A DNA stretch of 64,000 bases from Minisyncoccota bacterium (GCA_017991515.1 JAGOQI010000001.1:41641-105640); one strand, 5' to 3'; counted from the first letter of the stretch, positions 18,091 through 28,269 are shown. Made by a program: numbers and translations. Notes: generated by a model from the sequence alone, not told the origin.

Positions 18091-19080
18091 ATGAGTCAGC
18101 AAACAATCATACTTCCATCAAAACCAAAAGCAGTATTAGAAGAAGGATCTAAAGGTGTGTACGAGATAGACGGTCTTGTGCCAGGATACGGATACACCCT
18201 TGGAAACTCACTAAGACGCATTATATTATCTTCACTTCGTGGAGCAGCTCTTACTGCTGTTAAAATCGACGGAGTAAGTCACGAATTTGCAACGATAGAT
18301 GGCATCAAAGAAGATGTTATTGTTATCCTTTTAAATCTAAAAAATATTCGTTTCAACTTAGTAGGTGATGAGCCACAAAAAGTTACTCTTTCTGTAAAAG
18401 GTCCTAAAGTAGTTACAGCAGCTGATATCAAATCAAATGCTTCAGTAGAAGTAATGAACCCTGAACAATTTGTTTGCGAAATAACAGGAAAGTCATCATT
18501 AGAGATAGAACTAACTATTGAAAAAGGTCTTGGATTTGTGCCACGAGATCAGCAACACAAACAAAAAGCTGAAATAGGAACAATTTTCCTTGATGCTATT
18601 TTTTCTCCTATTCGTCGTGTATCTTACGATGTTGAAGAAATGCGTGTGGGGGACAAAACAAACTTCAACAGACTTCGTATGACTATTGAAACAGATGGTA
18701 CTATTTCTCCAAGAGAAGCACTAGAGCAATCAGTTTCTACTATGATTGAACAACTTGCGGCTATTATTTCTGTAAACAGCCAAGAAATTATCGATCAAGT
18801 TCAATCAACATTTGTAACTCCTAAAATAGAAGAGAAGGTAGAAGCTTCAGAAGATGATGATTCTAGTGAAGATGTTACAGATGTTTTGAAAAATCGTATC
18901 GACACAATAGGTCTATCTACTCGAACATTGAACGCTCTTTCTGCGGCAAATATCAGAACAGTTGGAGGTATTGCTCGCAAGAAAATAGAAGACCTTTTAG
19001 AAGTTGACGGTATTGGAGACAAAGGTATTTCTGAAATAAAGGAAGTATTAGCCCAATTTAACTTGTCACTAAAGGATTAA
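18091..19080 (+). CDS. rpoA: DNA-directed RNA polymerase alpha subunit
   Basis: GYGYTLGNSLRRILLSSLRGAA… plus C-terminal alpha-CTD. Confidence 0.9.
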   Translation: MSQQTIILPSKPKAVLEEGSKGVYEIDGLVPGYGYTLGNSLRRIILSSLRGAALTAVKIDGVSHEFATIDGIKEDVIVILLNLKNIRFNLVGDEPQKVTLSVKGPKVVTAADIKSNASVEVMNPEQFVCEITGKSSLEIELTIEKGLGFVPRDQQHKQKAEIGTIFLDAIFSPIRRVSYDVEEMRVGDKTNFNRLRMTIETDGTISPREALEQSVSTMIEQLAAIISVNSQEIIDQVQSTFVTPKIEEKVEASEDDDSSEDVTDVLKNRIDTIGLSTRTLNALSAANIRTVGGIARKKIEDLLEVDGIGDKGISEIKEVLAQFNLSLKD

Positions 19081-19113
19081 TCTGGTAGGCTATTCCCACA
19101 TAAACAAAACATC

Positions 19114-19467
19114 ATGAGACACCATAACGCAAACAGAACATTTGGAAGAAGCAAGAACGGAAGAAGCGCTCTTTTGAAGGGTCTTGCTGCGTCTCTTATA
19201 GAACATGGTAGTATTTTAACTACTGAAGCTAAAGCCAAAGAACTTCGACCAAAAATAGAGAAAATGCTTACAAAAGCAAAAAACCCTACTCTTTCAAATC
19301 GAAGACTTCTTCTTTCTTCTTTATATAACAACACAGAAGTAGTAGAGAAACTTATTTCTGGTATTGCTCCAAAGTTTGCAGAAACAAACGGTGGCTATAC
19401 TCGTATTACAAAAATAGTACAAAGAAAAGGGGACGCAAGTAAAATGGCAGTAATAGAATTTGTATAA
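19114..19467 (+). CDS. rplQ: 50S ribosomal protein L17
   Basis: MRHHNANRTFGRSKNGRSALLKGLAASLIEHG…. Confidence 0.9.
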   Translation: MRHHNANRTFGRSKNGRSALLKGLAASLIEHGSILTTEAKAKELRPKIEKMLTKAKNPTLSNRRLLLSSLYNNTEVVEKLISGIAPKFAETNGGYTRITKIVQRKGDASKMAVIEFV

Positions 19468-19478
19468 TAATAAAATTT

Positions 19479-19826
19479 ATGGAATACACAGTAGACGCAA
19501 CAAATAAATCATTAGGGAGAGTAGCTTCAGAAGCCGCGGCTCTTTTGATGGGCAAAAATACAACTGACTTTGTTCGTAACTCGACTCCAGGTGTTACAGT
19601 TAAACTTACAAACGCTTCAAAGATCAGTATTCCTAATACAAACAAGATGCTTGAAAAGACTTATAACTCTTTCTCTGGTTATCCAGGTGGTTTGAAGCAA
19701 TGGACTATGGCTCATGTCATTAGTAAAAAAGGTTACTCTGAAATCCTAACTCAAGCTGTAAAAGGAATGCTTCCGAAGAATAAACTTCAAAAAGATTTAA
19801 TGAAGCACTTGATAGTTACTGAATAA
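19479..19826 (+). CDS. rplM: 50S ribosomal protein L13
   Basis: L13 core …GYPGGLKQWTMAHV… ; position before rpsI. Confidence 0.85.
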   Translation: MEYTVDATNKSLGRVASEAAALLMGKNTTDFVRNSTPGVTVKLTNASKISIPNTNKMLEKTYNSFSGYPGGLKQWTMAHVISKKGYSEILTQAVKGMLPKNKLQKDLMKHLIVTE

Positions 19827-19833
19827 TAAACAT

Positions 19834-20241
19834 ATGGAAAAAACAACAAAGAAAACATATATAGAAACTATTGGACGACGCAAAACATCAACTGCGCGTG
19901 TTCGAATGACTCCATCTACAAAACAAAGTTATGAAATTAACGGTAAAGACTTGGCGACTTACTTTGCAACTGAAGCCCTCCAAAAAGCTGTTACTGATGC
20001 TTTTACAGCCCTAGAATCAAAAGGCCACTACACTATCACTATCAAGGTTTCTGGTGGAGGTATTAGTTCTCAATCTGAAGCAATTCGTCACGGTATTTCT
20101 CGTGGTCTTGTAAAAGAAGAAGAGACAAACAAAAGTCCTCTGAAAAAAGCAGGTTACCTAAAAAGAGACCCTAGAATGAAAGAGCGACGTAAGTTCGGTC
20201 TCAAGAAAGCTCGAAAAGCTCCACAGTGGAGTAAGCGTTAA
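19834..20241 (+). CDS. rpsI: 30S ribosomal protein S9
   Basis: …GRRKTSTARVRM…GGGISSQSEAIRHGISRGL… C-terminal KR tail. Confidence 0.9.
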   Translation: MEKTTKKTYIETIGRRKTSTARVRMTPSTKQSYEINGKDLATYFATEALQKAVTDAFTALESKGHYTITIKVSGGGISSQSEAIRHGISRGLVKEEETNKSPLKKAGYLKRDPRMKERRKFGLKKARKAPQWSKR

Positions 20242-20250
20242 TCTAAAAAA

Positions 20251-20279
20251 CATCCTCAAAAGAGGATGTTTTTGTTTTA
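20251..20279 (+). terminator. Rho-independent terminator after rpsI (CATCCTC-aaaag-GAGGATG + T-run)
   Basis: 7-bp perfect stem and T-run read directly. Confidence 0.6.
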
Positions 20280-20304
20280 TTTAGAAAAGATATATAATTT
20301 ATGT

Positions 20305-20757
20305 ATGGAAAATATAATGGAAAATCAACAAAGTCCTCGAGAGGTAGGTGAGTCCTTAGGGGTAACTTGTGAACAGCTAAAAACTGAAGTTCAAGAACTT
20401 ATGGATAAAAATGAATACCTTGCCAAAGCAATTAATAAATTTGGAGGAATTGGCATGTTTAATACTTCAGAATCGTTTCGATTTAATGCATTTTCTGGAT
20501 CAGAGTCCGACTCAGAAAGTATTTACCGTTTAATAGATAGTAAAGATAATCTTATAGAGCATTGGGCTTCTGATGGAAAACAAATATCAAATGACGGATT
20601 ATTGTCAATTAAAGAAGAGCTCGAAAATAGAAAAACAAAAATAATAGAAGCTCTATCAAAAGACTTTTCTAATGAAGATGAAGCGTATGAAGCAGTTGAG
20701 AGTATTCATTCAGAATATATTACTCCTTCACTAAATAAAGATCCTATTTTTATATAA
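20305..20757 (+). CDS. Hypothetical acidic protein (about 150 aa)
   Basis: ORF-track start 20266 lies inside the rpsI terminator; an in-frame ATG at 20305 sits 8 nt after a TATAAT (20291-20296), so a later, possibly leaderless, start is more plausible; no family recognised. Confidence 0.4.
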   Translation: MENIMENQQSPREVGESLGVTCEQLKTEVQELMDKNEYLAKAINKFGGIGMFNTSESFRFNAFSGSESDSESIYRLIDSKDNLIEHWASDGKQISNDGLLSIKEELENRKTKIIEALSKDFSNEDEAYEAVESIHSEYITPSLNKDPIFI

Positions 20758-20821
20758 AATTAAAATAAAAAAGTCTTTATACAGGGCTTTTTTTATTGGG
20801 AAAAATCGGTATAATAGCGAC

Positions 20822-21385
20822 ATGAAAGAAGAGGAAGATATTACTATTGAAGATATTGAAATAGAGCCTAGTACTGAGGAAGGACAAGCCCTCTCTGGTG
20901 GCCACAAAATAAAAGAGCTCAAAGAGAAAATCAAAGAGCTCCAAAAAGAAAAACAAGAGTATCTTGATGGCTGGCAACGCGCTCGTGCTGACTATGCAAA
21001 TCTACAAAAAACTTCTGATGAAGAACGCAAAAGAATGCGAACGCTTATCGAAGAGAACTTTATCGAAGAGTTACTACCAACAGTCGATAGCTTTCTAATG
21101 GCTATGAGCAACAAGGAAGCTTGGGAGCGCGTTGAGCCGGCTTGGCGCACAGGTGTAGAATATATTTACAACCAACTCATGAATACCTTAGAATCTCACA
21201 AACTCAAAATCTTTGGAGAAATAGGGGATAGTTTTGATCCACTTAAATATGAAGGTGTAAGTGACGAAACTACAGATGATAAGAAAAAAGATCACACTGT
21301 TTCAAAAGTCCACCAAAAAGGCTTTATGCTAGGCGACTCAATCCTACGACCTGCTAGAGTTTCGGTGTATATACTTAAGAAATAA
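20822..21385 (+). CDS. grpE: Nucleotide exchange factor GrpE
   Basis: Coiled-coil N-term then GrpE core (…LDGWQRARADYANLQKTSDEERKRM…LLPTVDSF…). Confidence 0.85.
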   Translation: MKEEEDITIEDIEIEPSTEEGQALSGGHKIKELKEKIKELQKEKQEYLDGWQRARADYANLQKTSDEERKRMRTLIEENFIEELLPTVDSFLMAMSNKEAWERVEPAWRTGVEYIYNQLMNTLESHKLKIFGEIGDSFDPLKYEGVSDETTDDKKKDHTVSKVHQKGFMLGDSILRPARVSVYILKK

Positions 21386-21417
21386 TAGTTTTTAAATAAA
21401 ATGATATAATTCTATAT

Positions 21418-23037
21418 ATGACAACACAACTACAACAAAGAACTGTCAAGGAAGTTGTACAACAGTATTCTAGTCTATATGGACTACAAGAGTCGAAAGC
21501 TTTTTTATTTTTAGTTATTGAAAAGTATTTTTCAGATAATGATTTAAATAGTATAGATATTGAAGAGGCAATTGTTGATGGTAGTGATGATTGTGGTATT
21601 GATGCAATTGTTATTGATGATTATGGAGACCAACGACCTAATGTATACTTTTTTCAATCTAAATTTTATCAATCCGAAGATGCTTTTGAAAAAAATTTTG
21701 AAGGAGAAGCATTAGACAAAATAAAAAGCTCTATAAACGATTTTGTTTTACAAGGAAAGATAAACAAAAAATATCAAAATACTAGGTTAGTAGACAAACT
21801 TCAATCAGTTAAAAACTTAGGATCTAGAAATCCTCTATACACAATTGTGCTTTGTTCTAATTCAAAAGAACCAACAGATATTGCAAAATCAAGACTTGAA
21901 GAATTTATTACCGAAACAAACAACAGTGCAGCCGGTGAGTATATTTCTATTGAATATCTTCACCTAGACCGAATAACTAAAGAGTTAATCGCACCTCAAC
22001 AACAAAGATTGATTGATATAAACCTACAAACTTCTGGAAAGTTCCTAACTGAAGATACTGGAAATGTTCGATTATTTGTTGGGGCTGTAGAAGCACAGAT
22101 TCTAGCAAGTCTTGTAGAGCAATATGGTAATGATTTGTTTGAGAAAAATGTTAGAGGATTTTTGGGGTCAAATAGTTTAAATAAAAATATTATTCGTACA
22201 GCAACAACAGAACAAAGCCCTTACTTTGTATACATGAATAATGGTATAACTTTAACATGTGAAAGATTTACACATTCTCCAACATCTAACTCTCCATTAC
22301 TAGAAATAAAAAACGCTCAAATTGTTAACGGTCAACAAACAGTTAGATCTTTACACCAAGCAAGTAAATCAGATGAATTAAAACCCGATGTGAAAGTTTT
22401 AATAAGAATAGTAGAGACTACCAACGCCGACTTGTTAAATCAGATAATTGAAGCAACAAATAGTCAAACAAAAGTTACTTCTAGAGATTTACATTCAAAC
22501 GATGAAGTACAAAGACTTATAGAGGAGCATCTAAAAACAAAAGGTTTTTTCTATGAGGCTAGGAAAAATAAATATAAAGGTAAGGATGTATCAAAAAGGG
22601 TTGATGCTGAGATCGCAGCACAGTCTTATTATTCAATTTTTTTTGAACAACCAGCTATAGCTAAGGATAAGAAAAAACTATTATTTGGTGATAAGTACGA
22701 TGAATTGTTTAATCAATACACAAAATCTGAAGATATACTTTACAGTTTTAAACTACTAAGAACTGTTCAAAAATTAAATAATCAAGATAAATATACTAAA
22801 TTTACATTTCTAAACGATGCGACTTTACATATTATTACTTTAATGCAAAAAATATCTGGCAAATTTGATTTTGATAATGACGAAGACATAACGACTAGTT
22901 ATGAAAGGGTCTTAAAAGCATTAAAAATAGTTGTTGATGAAAGAGCAAAAGAAGAGGGTGATAAGTACGAACATAGGAGAACATTTAAAGACCCAGAAAC
23001 ATACGGTAGGGTTGTAGAGGTTTTATTAAAAAAATAA
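21418..23037 (+). CDS. AIPR-family (abortive-infection phage-resistance) protein-like
   Basis: N-terminal region …EAIVDGSDDCGIDAIVIDD…VYFFQSKFY… matches, from memory, the AIPR pattern (D-G-x-D-D-x-G-I-D-A … Q-S-K-Y); 539 aa; inserted between grpE and dnaK. Confidence 0.5.
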   Translation: MTTQLQQRTVKEVVQQYSSLYGLQESKAFLFLVIEKYFSDNDLNSIDIEEAIVDGSDDCGIDAIVIDDYGDQRPNVYFFQSKFYQSEDAFEKNFEGEALDKIKSSINDFVLQGKINKKYQNTRLVDKLQSVKNLGSRNPLYTIVLCSNSKEPTDIAKSRLEEFITETNNSAAGEYISIEYLHLDRITKELIAPQQQRLIDINLQTSGKFLTEDTGNVRLFVGAVEAQILASLVEQYGNDLFEKNVRGFLGSNSLNKNIIRTATTEQSPYFVYMNNGITLTCERFTHSPTSNSPLLEIKNAQIVNGQQTVRSLHQASKSDELKPDVKVLIRIVETTNADLLNQIIEATNSQTKVTSRDLHSNDEVQRLIEEHLKTKGFFYEARKNKYKGKDVSKRVDAEIAAQSYYSIFFEQPAIAKDKKKLLFGDKYDELFNQYTKSEDILYSFKLLRTVQKLNNQDKYTKFTFLNDATLHIITLMQKISGKFDFDNDEDITTSYERVLKALKIVVDERAKEEGDKYEHRRTFKDPETYGRVVEVLLKK

Positions 23038-23047
23038 AATTAATAAA

Positions 23048-23066
23048 CTAGCAAGAACGGCCCTAG
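23048..23066. repeat. Copy 1 (degenerate) of palindromic element CTAGCAAGAACGG…CTAG
   Basis: CTAGCAAGAACGGCCCTAG; shares the 13-nt left arm with copies at 33869 and 34681; overlaps stop codon of 23063..23599. Confidence 0.45.
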
Positions 23067-23599
23067 TTAATCTTTGCTAAATGAAAAAATGCTTGTTCGG
23101 TTTCTTTGTCGAGGGTATTTGTTACAAAAACCATTATTTCGGTAGTGAGTCCGAAATCTTTTTTGATATTTGTGAAGAGATGTTCATAAGGGAAAGGGGA
23201 AACCCAGACACTATTTTTCAAACACATAAAACCAGCCTTCTTTAGAAGGTAACGAAGTGACTCTCTTTCATCTTTTCGAGTCTCTGGAAGATCAAGTATT
23301 ATGATGCGCCATTTACCATCCCATGATGGACTAACTAAGCCATTATCATTATCAAGTTTCAGACTATTTAGCTTCTTTTTACCTTCTTTTGTCAGTCTAG
23401 CGTATTCATTTTGTCCAGAAAAACTTTGTTCTACTAACCCAGTCTCTAGAAGCCCCTTTAAAGAGCGAGAAATGGCCATTTTAGAGCTTTTTTTGTCCTT
23501 TTGAGTACTTACTCGTTCCACTATCTCAGGCACTGAAATAGCCGGCTTTTCAGCTAATAGTTTCAATATTTTCTTCGAGAATGAAGGTTTTATTGACAT
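23063..23599 (-). CDS. PaaX-like winged-helix transcriptional regulator
   Basis: N-terminal wHTH-like (AISRSLKGLLETGLVEQ) and C-terminal WDGKWRIIILDLPETRKDERESLRYLLKKAGFMCLKNSVWVSP motif typical of the PaaX family; divergent from dnaK. Confidence 0.45.
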   Translation of the reverse strand: MSIKPSFSKKILKLLAEKPAISVPEIVERVSTQKDKKSSKMAISRSLKGLLETGLVEQSFSGQNEYARLTKEGKKKLNSLKLDNDNGLVSPSWDGKWRIIILDLPETRKDERESLRYLLKKAGFMCLKNSVWVSPFPYEHLFTNIKKDFGLTTEIMVFVTNTLDKETEQAFFHLAKIN

Positions 23600-23714
23600 A
23601 GTAATATCGTATCAGCTATACTCTTTATATACAAGTATTTCGCGACCGCAAAATTTATGTATTTCTGCACAAAATACTTGCGTTTTTATAAACTTTTAAT
23701 TTTAAAACAAAACT

Positions 23715-25598
23715 ATGGGAAAAATAATTGGAATTGACTTAGGAACTACAAACAGTGCTGTCTCTATCATCGAAGGAGGACAGCCAAAAATTATTGAAAA
23801 TATTGAAGGTTCACGAACTACTCCTTCTATTGTTGCTATTGGAAAAAATGGTGACAGACTTGTTGGCTTGCTTGCCAAAAGACAATCAGTAACAAATCCA
23901 CAAAATACTATCTACGGTATCAAGCGTTTTATGGGTCACAAATATGACGACCATGGTATGGAAAAAGTTATAAAGACTTCACCTTTTAAGGTTTCAAAAG
24001 ATGCCAACGGTGGCGCACTTATAAAACTTGCTGACAAAGACTATAGACCAGAAGAAATCTCTGCTATGATTTTGCAAAAGATCAAAGCAGATGTTGAAGC
24101 AAAGACAGGTGAGAAAATAACAGAAGCTATCATCACTGTTCCTGCATATTTCAACGATGCACAAAGAAAAGCTACGAAGGATGCTGGTGCTATTGCAGGT
24201 CTTGATGTGAAGCGCATCATCAATGAACCAACAGCAGCAGCACTTGCTTACGGATTTAACACTAAAAAAAATGAAAAAATAGTTGTTTATGACTTTGGAG
24301 GTGGAACATTTGATGTTTCAGTTCTTGAAGTAACAGAAGATGTTATTGAAGTTAAATCTACAGATGGAGACTCACTCATGGGTGGACGAGATATTGATTT
24401 GGATATTATCAACTGGATTGCTGAAGAATTTAAAAAGTCATCAGGTATTGATGTTTCCAAAGATCCTCTTGCTTTACAGAGACTAGATGAAGCAGCAGAG
24501 AAAGCCAAGATTGAGCTCTCTACAACTACAGAAACAGAAATAAATATTCCGTTTATTACTTCAACTGATGCTGGACCTCAACACTTACTGTTGAAAATGA
24601 CTCGTGCAAAGCTTGAAGAATTAGCTGATGAGTTTATTGCTCGTTCTATTGAGATAACAAAACGAGCTATGGATGCTTCTCCGTTTAAAGTAGGAGATAT
24701 TAATGAAATCATTATGGTTGGAGGTCAAACTCGAATGCCAAAGATTGTTGAAGAAGTTAAGAAGCTCTTTGGTAAAGAACCAAATCGTTCTATCAATCCA
24801 GATGAAGTTGTAGCTCTCGGTGCTGCAGTTCAAGGTGGAGTTCTTCAAGGAGATGTTCGTGATGTTTTACTTCTTGATGTTATCCCTCTATCTCTAGGTA
24901 TTGAAACTATGGGAGGCGTAGCAACAAAACTTGTTGAAAGAAATACGACTATTCCTTCATCAAAGTCTCAAGTCTTCTCAACTGCTGCTGACAATCAAAC
25001 TTCTGTAGAAATTCATATCGTTCAAGGTGAGCGACCAATGGCGGGAGATAATAAATCTATTGGGCGATTTGTCCTAGAAGGTATTGCTCCAGCACCAAGA
25101 GGTATTCCTCAAGTGGAAGTTTCTTTTGATGTGGATGCCAATGGTATTTTGGCTGTAAAGGCAAAAGATAAAGCAACCGGCAAAGAGCAGTCTATCCGCA
25201 TCGAAGCTTCTTCTGGGCTTTCTGCAGATGATATTGAAAAAATGAAAAAAGATGCAGAGCTTCATGCAGATGAAGATGCTAAGAAAAAAGAATTGGTAGA
25301 TACAAAAAATACTGCTGATCTAACTATCTTCACAGCAGAAAAAGCTCTTACAGAACACAAAGAGCACATAACAGAAGACATCAAAACTGCTGTAGAAGAT
25401 AAAATCAAAACACTTAAAACCACAAAAGAAGGTGATGACAAAAGTGCTATCGAAACTGCAATTCACGAACTCTCTACAGAAATGCAAAAGATAGGTGAAG
25501 CAGTTTCAAAGGCTAAACCAGAAGAAGGTACTGAACCAAAAGAAGGGGGAGTAAAAGACGCAGAAGCCGAAGAGACGTCTGAGGAAAAATCAGAATAA
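23715..25598 (+). CDS. dnaK: Chaperone DnaK (Hsp70)
   Basis: [18 protein letters not shown] and remaining Hsp70 signatures; 627 aa. Confidence 0.95.
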   Translation: MGKIIGIDLGTTNSAVSIIEGGQPKIIENIEGSRTTPSIVAIGKNGDRLVGLLAKRQSVTNPQNTIYGIKRFMGHKYDDHGMEKVIKTSPFKVSKDANGGALIKLADKDYRPEEISAMILQKIKADVEAKTGEKITEAIITVPAYFNDAQRKATKDAGAIAGLDVKRIINEPTAAALAYGFNTKKNEKIVVYDFGGGTFDVSVLEVTEDVIEVKSTDGDSLMGGRDIDLDIINWIAEEFKKSSGIDVSKDPLALQRLDEAAEKAKIELSTTTETEINIPFITSTDAGPQHLLLKMTRAKLEELADEFIARSIEITKRAMDASPFKVGDINEIIMVGGQTRMPKIVEEVKKLFGKEPNRSINPDEVVALGAAVQGGVLQGDVRDVLLLDVIPLSLGIETMGGVATKLVERNTTIPSSKSQVFSTAADNQTSVEIHIVQGERPMAGDNKSIGRFVLEGIAPAPRGIPQVEVSFDVDANGILAVKAKDKATGKEQSIRIEASSGLSADDIEKMKKDAELHADEDAKKKELVDTKNTADLTIFTAEKALTEHKEHITEDIKTAVEDKIKTLKTTKEGDDKSAIETAIHELSTEMQKIGEAVSKAKPEEGTEPKEGGVKDAEAEETSEEKSE

Positions 25599-25666
25599 AC
25601 AATACTTGACAGTTTTCAAGTAACATGCTATCTTATATCTAGAATTTAATGGGTTAGTAAGTAAAA

Positions 25667-25695
25667 GGGGTTCCAGCCATGGAACCCTTTTTTTG
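25667..25695 (+). terminator. Rho-independent terminator after dnaK (GGGTTCC-agccat-GGAACCC + T8)
   Basis: 7-bp stem and T-run read directly. Confidence 0.65.
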
Positions 25696-25730
25696 TAGCT
25701 TATTTACAGCTTTGTGATACAATCTTGGGC

Positions 25731-25808
25731 ATGAATAAGAAGCGAAAAATTGCAGCAAAGAAAAAGCGAAAGGCTGATGGTAAAACAGTAAATCTAAGAC
25801 ATAGATAA
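25731..25808 (+). CDS. Possible 25-aa very basic peptide (MNKKRKIAAKKKRKADGKTVNLRHR)
   Basis: ATG..TAA in frame, preceded by extended -10-like TGATACAAT; 7 nt before the HAD gene; may be non-coding. Confidence 0.2.
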   Translation: MNKKRKIAAKKKRKADGKTVNLRHR

Positions 25809-25815
25809 TTTTTCT

Positions 25816-26586
25816 ATGACTATACTAAACTCCGAAAAGTATAGCGTTGTCTCATTTGATCTCGACGGTACTATAACTGAAAGTCGACAACCCATAGAGC
25901 CCTACATGGTAAATCTTTTAAATAAGCTCACTGAAAAAGTGTTGGTTGTTATTATATCTGGAAGTTCATTTAAAAATCTTTTAAACCAATTAGATCTATT
26001 TCTAAATCAAGAAAATAAAGAAATATTTAAAAACATACTTCTAATGCCAGCTAATGGTAGCGAGACTTATATCTATAAAACTACAAATTGGGAGATTTCT
26101 GATTCTGAAACTATGGGGAATGAAACTAAGAGTAAAATTATTGAAGTTTTAGAAAAATTAATAGATTCAAAAAATTTTAATATTCCAGAGATGGAAGTAG
26201 GCACTAAAATTGAAGATAGAGGAACTCAAATATCTTTTGCAGCACTTGGTATAGATGCTTCGATAGAAGAGAAAAAACTTTGGGACCACGATCAAGAGAA
26301 AAGAAAAAAGATAGTAAACTTTATAAAGCCACTACTTCCTGAAACTGACATTTTTATTGCTGGAACTACAACAATAGATATTTTACCGAAAGGAATAACA
26401 AAAGGAGTAATGTTAAGAAAAATGTTATCAAAAAGAACTCTCCTTGATACTGACTTACTATTTATTGGGGATGCACTATTTGAAGGAGGGAATGACTACG
26501 AAGTAAAAAAGGAGGGATTTAATACCATTTCAACAACAGGACCAAAAGAGACAGCAAAGATTATAGAAAGTATCTTAGAGAAGTAA
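25816..26586 (+). CDS. HAD-superfamily (IIB/Cof-like) sugar-phosphatase
   Basis: Motif I FDLDGTIT at N-terminus; motif IV-like FIGDALFEGGNDYEV near C-terminus. Confidence 0.55.
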   Translation: MTILNSEKYSVVSFDLDGTITESRQPIEPYMVNLLNKLTEKVLVVIISGSSFKNLLNQLDLFLNQENKEIFKNILLMPANGSETYIYKTTNWEISDSETMGNETKSKIIEVLEKLIDSKNFNIPEMEVGTKIEDRGTQISFAALGIDASIEEKKLWDHDQEKRKKIVNFIKPLLPETDIFIAGTTTIDILPKGITKGVMLRKMLSKRTLLDTDLLFIGDALFEGGNDYEVKKEGFNTISTTGPKETAKIIESILEK

Positions 26587-26588
26587 GA

Positions 26589-28262
26589 CTACTTATACTT
26601 GTGGTCGTGTTTATTATTTAATATTGGTATATAGCATTTATCTGTATATTCTTTCATAACCCTATTGGTTGAAAAATGTTCCTCTATAAGAGACCTAGAA
26701 TTTTTCATACGAGATAGCCATTTAGAATTACCTTGATCAAGAATATGACTATAATACATAGGCAAGATTTCTTCTTCAGTTATATCAAGCATTTTTTTAG
26801 ATAAATTTTCTGATTCATTTAAGACCCAGCCACAATCATTAACATCAACTTCAGCAATCCATCCATCTTTTGTAGAAAATGGAAGAACTCCATTTAATGC
26901 GGCCTTCATTCCGCTTGTACCACACGCCTCTCTACCTATCTCGGGAGTATTAAGCCATACATCACAACCAGCGACCATCAAAGTAGCTATATCGATATTA
27001 TAATGTGGCAAGAAAACAGCAACACCAGAAAGCTTTTCACTTATAATATTTTTGAGCTGTGCTAATAACTCATTATGGTGAACATTATTTGTTGGTCCTG
27101 AAAAAACAATTCTAAAAGGTTTATCACTATTTTGAGCTAATGCTACAAATCTTTCGACATCTTGAATAAAAGCAAGAGGTTGTTTGTATGGAACCATACG
27201 ACGCCCCCAACCAAAAAGTAATGTGTTTTCATCCCAAAGTTCTCCAGTTTCTTCTTTTATATATTGTAATAATTTCTTTTTATTTTCTTGGTGCAATCCC
27301 CATATATTTATACTGTCACTAATTTTGTCCCATCTAGGAATATAAATACCGTTAGTAATATTATCCATTTTATATTCAGGCCAAACATTTTGAGCTTCTT
27401 TGCCATGAAGAATACTGACAGAATTAGCTATAGAAGAAAATCTAAAAGAAAACATAGTCATTGAAAATAGTTTCGGATCATCTGTTATACCCATAGATAT
27501 AATCTCGTCAGTCGTAACACATATCTCTTTTGCATAACCATCTAATGCTTTAGCAATACTATCAACAGCAAAAATCTCTTGCCCAGCAGCAACCAATGTG
27601 TGATTGGTAAACAAAATATGTTTACTCGCATAACTACAAGCTGTACTAAAATCAACACGCTGATGTATCATTTCATGATTGACTAGTTCTAATGCCAAAA
27701 AAGCACTATGTCCTTCATTGAGGTGATAGACACTAGGATGTAACCCTAACAAATGCCTGAGAAATCGAAATCCTCCAATACCTAAAAGTATTTCTTGTTT
27801 CAAACGCAACTCTCTATCTTCTACATATAATTGCTCAGTAATAAGTCTGTCTTCAGCGGTATTTTGTTCAACATCAGTATCAAGCAAGTAAACATTAGCT
27901 CCATTTTCATTCCAGTGCCATATCTGAAAATATATTTGCCTACCACTAATAGGTATAGAGATTACAACAGGAGACTCCTTTACTGAAATAATTTTAATCT
28001 CTTTATTGCTTTCCGAATTATTGGTAATAATGTCGTTTTGTCCTTTTTTATACAAAAGACCAATAAAAACTATTGGTAGATCTTGCTCTGCAGACTCTTT
28101 CACAATATCTCCAGCTAGTATTCCTAAGCCCCCAGCATATATTGGTAGGGTAGGAGATAGTGCATATTCGGCTGAAAAATAAGCAACTGGATTTTCTTTT
28201 AGTGTTTTATAATCTTCTGTTTCTTTAAATTTTGAAGCCCATGTATCTTTGTTTGTTTGCAT
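26589..28262 (-). CDS. Alpha-glucan phosphorylase (GT35 family, short archaeal-like form)
   Basis: GGLGILAGD near N-terminus and the PLP-lysine region EACGTSGMKAALNG. Confidence 0.6.
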   Translation of the reverse strand: MQTNKDTWASKFKETEDYKTLKENPVAYFSAEYALSPTLPIYAGGLGILAGDIVKESAEQDLPIVFIGLLYKKGQNDIITNNSESNKEIKIISVKESPVVISIPISGRQIYFQIWHWNENGANVYLLDTDVEQNTAEDRLITEQLYVEDRELRLKQEILLGIGGFRFLRHLLGLHPSVYHLNEGHSAFLALELVNHEMIHQRVDFSTACSYASKHILFTNHTLVAAGQEIFAVDSIAKALDGYAKEICVTTDEIISMGITDDPKLFSMTMFSFRFSSIANSVSILHGKEAQNVWPEYKMDNITNGIYIPRWDKISDSINIWGLHQENKKKLLQYIKEETGELWDENTLLFGWGRRMVPYKQPLAFIQDVERFVALAQNSDKPFRIVFSGPTNNVHHNELLAQLKNIISEKLSGVAVFLPHYNIDIATLMVAGCDVWLNTPEIGREACGTSGMKAALNGVLPFSTKDGWIAEVDVNDCGWVLNESENLSKKMLDITEEEILPMYYSHILDQGNSKWLSRMKNSRSLIEEHFSTNRVMKEYTDKCYIPILNNKHDHKYK

Positions 28263-28269
28263 AATTAAT

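Noticed and set aside
20758-23714. CIRCE heat-shock operator (TTAGCACTC-N9-GAGTGCTAA) upstream of grpE or dnaK
   Set aside because: Looked for it in both upstream regions and did not find the inverted repeat
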